In this document: positions 57,238-64,000 of the stretch, one piece after another
How the letters are laid out: each line of letters begins with the position of its first letter
Numbering within the stretch: position 1 is the first letter of the stretch
From: a bacterium
GTDB lineage: Bacteria; Patescibacteriota; Microgenomatia; UBA1406; GWC2-37-13
Direction: 5' to 3'
DNA: 64,000 nucleotides
NCBI GenBank assembly: GCA_027624795.1
Contig: JAQBTX010000001.1
Coordinates: forward strand, 27,170-91,169
Translations under genes and position numbers: made by a program
Notes under the pieces: generated by a model
Told to the model about the DNA's origin: nothing
What the model saw: only the letters and a program-made list of their open reading frames with translations
Databases searched by the model: none

Positions 57238-58602
57238 ATGATCAAACTCCCCCCATATATCACAAGCTTCATGAAAATCTTTCAAGACGCGGGATTTCGC
57301 ATATATGTGGTTGGTGGAACGGTGCGTGGACTCCTTATGAAGCATGACGTCTCTGATTGGGATTTTACTACTTCAGCAACGCCAGAAGAGATCATAAAGC
57401 TCTTCCCCCATAGTTTTTATAATAACTCCTTTGGAACGGTGGGAATACCTATAAAAGAAGATGGTGCAGAGTTGGTATTGGAGGTTACGACTCATCGAAA
57501 AGAGGGGGATTATTCAAATGCCAGGCATCCAGATAAGGTGGAATGGGCGGAAAAAGTAGAGGATGATTTGGCACGAAGAGATTTCACGATCAATGCTATT
57601 GCCCTTCGACAAGCTCAGGGTAAACTTGATATTACTGACCCTTATGGCGGTCAAGAAGATATTGAAAAGAAAGTAATTCGAGCAGTTGGAGATGCAAATA
57701 TTCGATTTCAAGAAGATGCGTTAAGGTTAATGAGAGCGATTCGGCAAGCTACTCAGTTGGGATTTACTATTGAGAGTGAAACGATGGCTTCACTGCAAAC
57801 TCATGCGAAACTCATAGTGGGGATTTCTGGCGAACGTATTCAAGCTGAGCTCTTTAAGCTTATTACATCAAATAATGCAGCAGATGGAATTTTACTCATG
57901 AAAGAGGCGGGACTATTACAATACGTATTACCAGAAGTTGAACATTGCTTTGGAGTAGAACAAAAAAGCCCGGAGCGACACCATATTTATGATGTGGGAA
58001 CCCACTTGGTGGAATCACTTCGTCATTGCCCTAGTGCTGATGTCATAACCCGATTGGCAACTCTCATTCATGATACGGGGAAAAAGGAAACACAAAAAAT
58101 AGATCCAGAAACAAAAATTATTACCTTTTATAACCATGAAGTGGTTGGTGAACAACAGGCAAAAGAAATTGCCACTCGGCTGCGACTTTCTAAAAAAGAT
58201 ACCCAAAAGCTTGTAATACTAGTGCGACATCATCAATTTACGGTTTCTGAAGAACAAAGTGATAAAGCGTTAAGAAGATTTATTCGGCAGATAGGAGTGG
58301 AAAATATAGATGATATGTTGGCACTTCGCACAGGTGATCGGTTAGGATCTGGTGCCAAGGAAACTTCCTGGAGAACTGAACTTTTCAAAAAGAGACTCAT
58401 TGAAGTTCAGAATGTTCCCTTCTCCGTTCATGATTTGAAAATCACTGGAAATGATGTGATGGAATATTTGAATATAAAACCAGGCCCACAAATAGGAAAA
58501 ATAATGAATGCGCTATTTGAGATGGTAGATGATGGTAAAGTGAAAAACGAGAAAGATGCGCTTCTTGAAAAACTTCGTGAGATTAAGGAATCAATTGAGT
58601 AA
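57238..58602 (+). CDS. cca: CCA-adding/poly(A) polymerase family nucleotidyltransferase with HD domain
   Basis: VVGG.VR, DWDFTT, EVTT.R.E, DLARRDFTINA, EDALRLMRA, HDTGK; start trimmed to ATG 57238. Confidence 0.92.
   Translation: MIKLPPYITSFMKIFQDAGFRIYVVGGTVRGLLMKHDVSDWDFTTSATPEEIIKLFPHSFYNNSFGTVGIPIKEDGAELVLEVTTHRKEGDYSNARHPDKVEWAEKVEDDLARRDFTINAIALRQAQGKLDITDPYGGQEDIEKKVIRAVGDANIRFQEDALRLMRAIRQATQLGFTIESETMASLQTHAKLIVGISGERIQAELFKLITSNNAADGILLMKEAGLLQYVLPEVEHCFGVEQKSPERHHIYDVGTHLVESLRHCPSADVITRLATLIHDTGKKETQKIDPETKIITFYNHEVVGEQQAKEIATRLRLSKKDTQKLVILVRHHQFTVSEEQSDKALRRFIRQIGVENIDDMLALRTGDRLGSGAKETSWRTELFKKRLIEVQNVPFSVHDLKITGNDVMEYLNIKPGPQIGKIMNALFEMVDDGKVKNEKDALLEKLREIKESIE
57601..57625 (-). 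repeat. Short palindromic repeat inside cca
   Basis: GCCCTTCGACAAGCTCAGGGTAAAC; encodes ALRQAQGK right after RDFTINAI. Confidence 0.65.
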
Positions 58603-59206
58603 CCTGCTGCTCTGCTTCTATGCTTGTCTCAGGCCCATGACCCGGATATACGATAGTCTGTGGAGGTAATAAGAGGAGAGATGCCAGTGATGTTTTTAAA
58701 TCTTCTTTACTGCTGTATGAAAAATCATATCTTCCGACCCCCGCGTTAAATAAGGTATCTCCTGAGAAAAGGATATTACTGTCTTTCAAATATAATGATA
58801 CTGATCCCGGCGTATGCCCAGGAGTGGACAAAATCTGAAATTTGAACGTCGAAATACTCCATGTGCCGGTGTTCAAGTCTTTGGTCTTTGTAATCGGAAT
58901 GACTACGGGATCAAATCCTAAAAAATGATTGGCAGTTTCTATTACTCGTTTGAGCAGAAATTTATCTTTGGGATAGATATAGAATGGAATGGTGGGATAT
59001 GATAATTGAATCTCCCCCACCGCCATAATATGATCAAAGTGCCCGTGGGTGGCAACGATGCCGATGAGTTTTAAGTGTTGGATGGCAATTTTCTCCAAAA
59101 GAAAATCTGCACTGTCTCCGGGATCGATGAGTAAGGCGTTCCCATCTTGTTCCAGAAGGTAGCAATTTGCCTGCATCTGCCCGAGTGGGTATGTGTGGAT
59201 GTTCAT
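58583..59206 (-). CDS. MBL-fold metallo-hydrolase
   Basis: THGHFDHI, TPGHTPGS, FSGDTLF, YPGHGP. Confidence 0.93.
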   Translation of the reverse strand: MNIHTYPLGQMQANCYLLEQDGNALLIDPGDSADFLLEKIAIQHLKLIGIVATHGHFDHIMAVGEIQLSYPTIPFYIYPKDKFLLKRVIETANHFLGFDPVVIPITKTKDLNTGTWSISTFKFQILSTPGHTPGSVSLYLKDSNILFSGDTLFNAGVGRYDFSYSSKEDLKTSLASLLLLPPQTIVYPGHGPETSIEAEQQVTQLIP

Positions 59207-59207
59207 A

Positions 59208-60071
59208 TTACTTCCTCATCTTCTCAAACCAGACTGCCACGGGAGTGGCAATAAACGGAGATGAATAGGTGCCCGTTATGGTACCAACAAGGAGCGTAAG
59301 TGCAAAGAAGCGTATGGTAGTGCCGCCCAAAAGAACGAGCGCGAGGAGCATAAATATGATCGTAACTGAATTATTGAGAGAACGCACCATGGTTTCGGTT
59401 AGAGATCTGTTTGCATATTCTGCTATGTTTCCTTTTCCGTATCGTTTGCGATAATCTCGAATCTGGTCAAAAACTACAATTGTGTCATGTACTGAAAAAG
59501 ACATGGTGGTAAGAAGTGCTGTCACAAATAAGGTATCAAGCTGCGCACCAAGAAAATGTGAAAACAATGCATAGATACCAACCACAACCAATGCATCATG
59601 TACCAAGGCGACAATAGCAGCCATAGCAAAATTCAAGTTTCTAAATGCGTATGTTATATAGAGGAGTATGCCGATAATGGCAATTATTGAAGCAATTCCG
59701 GTTTTGCGTAAGGTTTCTGCACCAATAACAGGACCTACGGTTTCTGATCGTATGATCGTAATTTCAGATGCATATTGATCAGATAATTTCTGACGAAGCG
59801 CTTGCTCTTGTTGTTCATTTATAGCGGCAAGTCGCATAGAAACTTCGTTTTGCTCTACATCAATAGCTACAATTTCATAGTCAAGTTGAGCTACCACCTC
59901 GCGCACACCAGGCTCATCTATAGTGGTACTAAATGAATAGTGCACATTGGTTCCACCCACAAAATCAATTGAGTAGGTAAATCCCCACTTGATCATAGCA
60001 TACAATCCAAATCCGATGACAAGCACTGAAATAGTAGCGTACAGCTTCCAATATTTGAGAAAGTTAATCAT
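59208..60071 (-). CDS. secF: Protein translocase subunit SecF
   Basis: IDFVGG, ETVGP.IG, ALVHD, FSVHDTIVVFD.IR, GTYSS.FIA.P. Confidence 0.95.
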   Translation of the reverse strand: MINFLKYWKLYATISVLVIGFGLYAMIKWGFTYSIDFVGGTNVHYSFSTTIDEPGVREVVAQLDYEIVAIDVEQNEVSMRLAAINEQQEQALRQKLSDQYASEITIIRSETVGPVIGAETLRKTGIASIIAIIGILLYITYAFRNLNFAMAAIVALVHDALVVVGIYALFSHFLGAQLDTLFVTALLTTMSFSVHDTIVVFDQIRDYRKRYGKGNIAEYANRSLTETMVRSLNNSVTIIFMLLALVLLGGTTIRFFALTLLVGTITGTYSSPFIATPVAVWFEKMRK

Positions 60072-60073
60072 AA

Positions 60074-61420
60074 TTATTGTTTATAAAATACCTTAATAAG
60101 CCATTTGGTTATAACCACCCCAGTAAATAAACTGGTTGCCACACCGATCCCCAGGGTTAGAGCAAATCCACGAACTAATCCAAATTGCGGCAGGAATTCC
60201 CAGTTAAGAGGATTAAATAATATAAATGCAACCAGAAGTGTGGTAAGGTTCGCATCTTTTATAGCATCAATTGCACGTCCAAATCCCAAACGGATAGATA
60301 CTTCAAGTGATTTACCTTTGCGTTGCTCTTCTTTGATACGTTCAAAAATAAGTATATTTGAATCTACTGCCATACCAATAGATAAAATAAATCCTGCAAC
60401 CCCAGGAAGCGTGAGGACAATGGGAATAGCTCTAAATATGGCAAAATTGATAAGTCCATATGCAATAAGCGCTCCTGAAGCTATGAGTCCTAATCTTCCG
60501 TAGTATCCTATCATAAAGATTATTACCATACCAAGCCCAATCACCCCACCAACCAAACTTTTTTTCACTTCTTCAGCTCCAAGGGATGGGCCTATGCTTC
60601 GCTGCTCGACCAACTCGATGGGAACCGGAAGTGCTCCAGAATTGATGGCGATTGCAAGTTGTTTAGCACCTTCAGTGGTAAAACTCCCCGATATAACTGC
60701 ATTGCCACCAATAATCTCTTGCTGAACGGTAGGTGCTGATATGAGGAATTCATCCAGAAAAATACCAACCGGTTTACCCACATTGCGCTTAGTAATTTCT
60801 GCAAACATCTTGGCTCCAACCGGAGTAAATTCAAGGGCAACCTGGGGGGTACCGTCATTGGTATTAAAGTCTACCCGTGCCCGTTCAACATCTTTACCGG
60901 TCAGACCTGTTTCTTTGGTGAGCCTGCTAAAAACTGCACTGGGAGATGATTCATTTGGTACCTCGTCAGATTCTTCTTGAAAATGCAGTTGAGCTGTCTG
61001 TCCGATAAGTTGCGATGCTTGTGCTACATCATACACACCAGGAAGATCGACTGATATGCGGTGTACGTTGCCGGATTTAATGGTTCGAACTTCTGGTTCA
61101 GATATGCCAAATAAGTTGACGCGCTGCTCTATGATATCTCGCGTAGATTGCAGGGCGTCTTCTAGATCAGACTCGTCAATTTGCGATGTGTCCGTTTGAA
61201 ACACTAAGTGACTACCACCACTCAGATCCAAACCAAGTCGAGTATTGAAATTTTTTACTACTTGATTGTCACCAATAGTGAAATGTAATTCCAAGACGGG
61301 AATTTCAGTCTTAATGCGCTTACCAAATAACCCCACATTGATGGGAATAGCGCGTGGCAGGTCAATCCACAGTATCGTGAGTGCAATAAAGGTTATAAAG
61401 GCGTAACGAAAGATTTTCAT
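60074..61420 (-). CDS. secD: Protein translocase subunit SecD
   Basis: LGLDLSGG, RVNLFGISEP, GALPVP, IGPSLG, GMAVDSNILIFERIKEE. Confidence 0.96.
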   Translation of the reverse strand: MKIFRYAFITFIALTILWIDLPRAIPINVGLFGKRIKTEIPVLELHFTIGDNQVVKNFNTRLGLDLSGGSHLVFQTDTSQIDESDLEDALQSTRDIIEQRVNLFGISEPEVRTIKSGNVHRISVDLPGVYDVAQASQLIGQTAQLHFQEESDEVPNESSPSAVFSRLTKETGLTGKDVERARVDFNTNDGTPQVALEFTPVGAKMFAEITKRNVGKPVGIFLDEFLISAPTVQQEIIGGNAVISGSFTTEGAKQLAIAINSGALPVPIELVEQRSIGPSLGAEEVKKSLVGGVIGLGMVIIFMIGYYGRLGLIASGALIAYGLINFAIFRAIPIVLTLPGVAGFILSIGMAVDSNILIFERIKEEQRKGKSLEVSIRLGFGRAIDAIKDANLTTLLVAFILFNPLNWEFLPQFGLVRGFALTLGIGVATSLFTGVVITKWLIKVFYKQ

Positions 61421-61992
61421 TTGATAAGTTCTGCTTCCTGACCAACTAACATGACTTTAGGATATTTTAAAAACTTCCAAATAAAGGGGTCATTATTTTT
61501 TTTGCGAAATGAAAGTTCGTCTTCAGTCATGACGGTGAAATTTATATCCCATCCAAATTCTCGACGAGCTGCAGTCATGATGGCTTCAACTTCTGGGATA
61601 ACTATGACACCTACAAACAGGATGTAGATTTCATCTTCTTTAATAGAAATCTTTTTTGAAAACTTCATAGATATTGCCACAAATTTTACCTTTCCAAGCC
61701 TGCTTTGATTATCTATAATAAGCTGTCCAAGCTTTGTGTCTTTAGTGTGAATACGGAGCAACTCATCAAAGAGTGCATAGTTTTTATTGAGTGAATAGAA
61801 TACTTTATTGGTTCGGCGCTCGCGGAGGAGAATTTTTGCATTAAACAATATATCGAGTTCGCGCTTTACTGCATTTACTTCTTCATCGGTTTTTCGTACA
61901 ATTTCACGGAGATAATACACACCATCGATTTGATGATAAAAAAGGGAGAGAATTTTGCGGCGAACTTTGGATGGAATAAGTTTGTCAAGCAT
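61417..61992 (-). CDS. Winged-helix protein with degenerate nucleotidyltransferase-like C-domain
   Basis: SKVRRKIL, YYLREI, NAVKREL..L, N..FY..N; C-term EIYILFVG, INFTVMT..E. Confidence 0.7.
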   Translation of the reverse strand: MLDKLIPSKVRRKILSLFYHQIDGVYYLREIVRKTDEEVNAVKRELDILFNAKILLRERRTNKVFYSLNKNYALFDELLRIHTKDTKLGQLIIDNQSRLGKVKFVAISMKFSKKISIKEDEIYILFVGVIVIPEVEAIMTAARREFGWDINFTVMTEDELSFRKKNNDPFIWKFLKYPKVMLVGQEAELIK

Positions 61993-61994
61993 GG

Positions 61995-63143
61995 TTAATA
62001 GGTTACTTCATTGCCCGTAGGCAAGACAGATATCCATATCTTACCACCGACAAGCGATATTTCTTCATCGTCTTCATCGTAGAAGCGCATCATTGATTCT
62101 TCATCTTCCTTTTCATACGATCCTTTTATTGCTTTTCCATTAAAAAAGATCAATGCGTCGTCTGAGCCAATAACATCATAGAGAAGATGTTGACCACCTT
62201 CATATCCATCATCTGCAACACTTTCATCTGCGAATACCACAATCACATTTTTGATACGAAGTTGCTTTTCGGTATTCTTATCTATATGTGGTTCTCCTCC
62301 ATTTATACGAACATAAGTATTAGTAAGAGGATCGTAGGTCCATTCTACGGTGTAATCTGATCCTAATGCATCATCCCAGAATCCATATGAAATCGATTTT
62401 GTATTGCCACGATCTTCTTCTTTAGCGTCTTTTTGGAATTCCCATCCTTTCCAATCTTCATCCCAAGAAACATCATCTTCGTCTACATGAGTAAGATCAC
62501 GTTTTTTGCCTGCGAAATCCCAGAGTTTTTGAGTGTTAGTATAAACAGTATGTTCAGTGTCGCGCCCAGGAAGTCGGTCATAATCGCGCCAATAATTGGG
62601 AAATGGTACGGCAAATTGGTCTAAATCATTATAACCATACCAGTCGATATCTTTGATTTCTCCCAGGGCATCGGCTGGTCCTGGGGTGTTTGCTCCTCCA
62701 ACATGACCATAGAGTGGATTATTTCCAAATCCTTGCAAAAGTTCAACAAAATAGATGCGAGCTGAACGAACTGATCCTACAATCTTTGGCTCTTCACAGT
62801 AATACATGGCAAGAAAGCGGGTAATACCACCTTCTGCTACAATTTCATGGATTATGTCAGCACTCGATACCCCAGATTGTGGTCGGGCTTCAATATTATT
62901 TTGTACCATAATGCCCAGTGGTCTTCGTGTTTCCCATTTGGCTTTTGCCTCTTTAGAATATAACTCACCGTTTAAAGGACACGCTTCTGTTTTGGGAGCA
63001 GCATTTTCTACTTCCTCTTCGCCTTCATAGGTGGGTTTTTGGGTGCCTGCACGGGTTGACTGAGCGCTAAAAAAAGCGTAAGATCCGAGAGCAGAGAGAA
63101 GATATACGACCACTCCAACAATAATGATTATGTTTTTATTCAT
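61995..63143 (-). CDS. DUF3048-like (YerB-like) exported protein
   Basis: CPLNG, RPLGIMV.N..EARPQSG, EGGITRFLA, GSVRSAR. Confidence 0.85.
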   Translation of the reverse strand: MNKNIIIIVGVVVYLLSALGSYAFFSAQSTRAGTQKPTYEGEEEVENAAPKTEACPLNGELYSKEAKAKWETRRPLGIMVQNNIEARPQSGVSSADIIHEIVAEGGITRFLAMYYCEEPKIVGSVRSARIYFVELLQGFGNNPLYGHVGGANTPGPADALGEIKDIDWYGYNDLDQFAVPFPNYWRDYDRLPGRDTEHTVYTNTQKLWDFAGKKRDLTHVDEDDVSWDEDWKGWEFQKDAKEEDRGNTKSISYGFWDDALGSDYTVEWTYDPLTNTYVRINGGEPHIDKNTEKQLRIKNVIVVFADESVADDGYEGGQHLLYDVIGSDDALIFFNGKAIKGSYEKEDEESMMRFYDEDDEEISLVGGKIWISVLPTGNEVTY

Positions 63144-63154
63144 GTATGCTGATC

Positions 63155-63183
63155 ATTGTAACCTCTTGCATATACCGTGTCAA
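63155..63183 (-). promoter_or_regulatory. Promoter of the DUF3048-HTH-secDF unit
   Basis: TTGACA-N17-TACAAT, 11 nt before ATG 63143. Confidence 0.7.
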
Positions 63184-63200
63184 TATGATTAAATGTCTGC

Positions 63201-63383
63201 ATGCCCGCAAAAACTACCAATTCCTTACCTCAATCTGAATCTGACAGAATGTTCTTTAAAAAAGATTTTAATCGGAGCATAATTCTAACTGTCATTATTC
63301 TCGTAAGTATAGTAAGCTTATATGAATTGCAGTCACAGGGGTTCATAACCATTGCAGATCTTATTACCATTTCAACACAATAA
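63201..63383 (+). CDS. Small single-TM hypothetical protein
   Basis: 60 aa, one hydrophobic segment, fills gap between genes. Confidence 0.55.
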   Translation: MPAKTTNSLPQSESDRMFFKKDFNRSIILTVIILVSIVSLYELQSQGFITIADLITISTQ

Positions 63384-63401
63384 CTAGGAGGTGAATACAA
63401 C

Positions 63402-63596
63402 GTGGAAGATATACAATTTTATGATGTAAAGAATCGAAAAAAGGTTTCGGTCCCAGCATCACAAGTAGAAAAAGTAACATTTGAACGAACTACCAAAAAT
63501 GGTTCTGCCCAAATACGTTACGCAGTAAAAGCAGTAAAAGATGGTGTTAAGCTGATGAAATTCGTCAGTAAAGACATGTACCAAAGCTTGAGCTAA
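63402..63596 (+). CDS. Small basic beta-rich protein, possible chromatin protein
   Basis: 64 aa, GTG start 7 nt after AGGAGGTGA; FYDVK..K, T.KNG, YA.KA, G.KL..F. Confidence 0.8.
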   Translation: MEDIQFYDVKNRKKVSVPASQVEKVTFERTTKNGSAQIRYAVKAVKDGVKLMKFVSKDMYQSLS

Positions 63597-63639
63597 AAAA
63601 ATGAATAGTATTCATACAAATATGAGTCAGTTATCTGGC

Positions 63640-64000
63640 TTATATTTGTTGTGTAATAGTAGTAGTTGAATAGTCAGAGAGCAATCGAGTAACAATTTCT
63701 ATCCGCCCCCCCATTTGTTCTAGTTGCTTCTTTTTGTTTTCCGCTTGTCCATCTCCTTCAGTAATAGCAATGACGTGTGGTTTTATAGTTGCTACCATCT
63801 GAGTGTATTCAGAATCACTGGTAAAATAGGGAAGAAGTAAAACAGCGTCTACGCTTCGAAGCTCTATTAATATTTCGGCTCGCTGCTCTTGGGTATGTAT
63901 GGGTTTTCGATGTTTGTGGTTCACGATATACTCATCAGATTCAAGGGCTACTAAGAGAAATGTATCCGGACGTTTTGCGTTTTTTAAGAATGTGATGTGG
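63640..64000 (-). CDS. Cytidylyltransferase-like (HIGH) nucleotidyltransferase, 5' end outside window
   Basis: Frame open to window edge: HITFLKNAK...LLVALESD...RKPIHTQEQRAE.L, YSTT. Confidence 0.85.
   Translation of the reverse strand, partial: HITFLKNAKRPDTFLLVALESDEYIVNHKHRKPIHTQEQRAEILIELRSVDAVLLLPYFTSDSEYTQMVATIKPHVIAITEGDGQAENKKKQLEQMGGRIEIVTRLLSDYSTTTITQQI

Noticed and set aside
21153..58602. Short 3' overlaps between convergent genes (helicase/RibD-C, coaBC/NUDIX, miaB/IMPase, cca/MBL)
   Set aside because: Common in compact genomes; no evidence of specific antisense regulation
455..63030. Many short overlapping or antisense ORFs in the six-frame track
   Set aside because: They lie within well-identified genes on another frame or strand and show no recognisable motifs

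Overview
64-kb, AT-rich, very gene-dense chromosomal segment of a bacterium that most likely belongs to the Patescibacteria/CPR, Microgenomates-like. This is an inference from the absence of L30 in the spc block, a G-domain-only 481-aa IF2, a pseudo-DHH protein, almost no Shine-Dalgarno motifs and many -10 boxes directly in front of ATGs. 1-18 kb is the tuf-S10-spc-alpha ribosomal superoperon (minus strand). It has rpsS moved between rpsN and rpsH, rpmG inserted between secY and adk, adk fused to an archaeal UPF0200-like kinase, and a candidate attenuating RNA leader in front of rplC. 18-38 kb holds a UvrD/PD-(D/E)XK helicase-nuclease, a RibD-C/yhhQ/folC/glyA cluster, wecA-like and coaBC genes, miaB and nucleotide-sugar genes. 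38-43 kb holds an anticodon-less AsnRS-like paralog, then a leader-peptide transcription attenuator controlling a hypothetical gene and an ArgA-like GNAT next to argS. 43-64 kb holds recJ, rmuC, infB, nusA, radA, an hrcA-grpE-dnaK-dnaJ-epmA-efp operon with a CIRCE-like site, cca, secDF and a small possible chromatin protein. Short palindromic repeats (YGTCAT-tagged and others) sit in frame inside several housekeeping genes. No tRNA, rRNA, CRISPR array or transposase was seen. All calls come from motif recognition by eye; no database searches were run.
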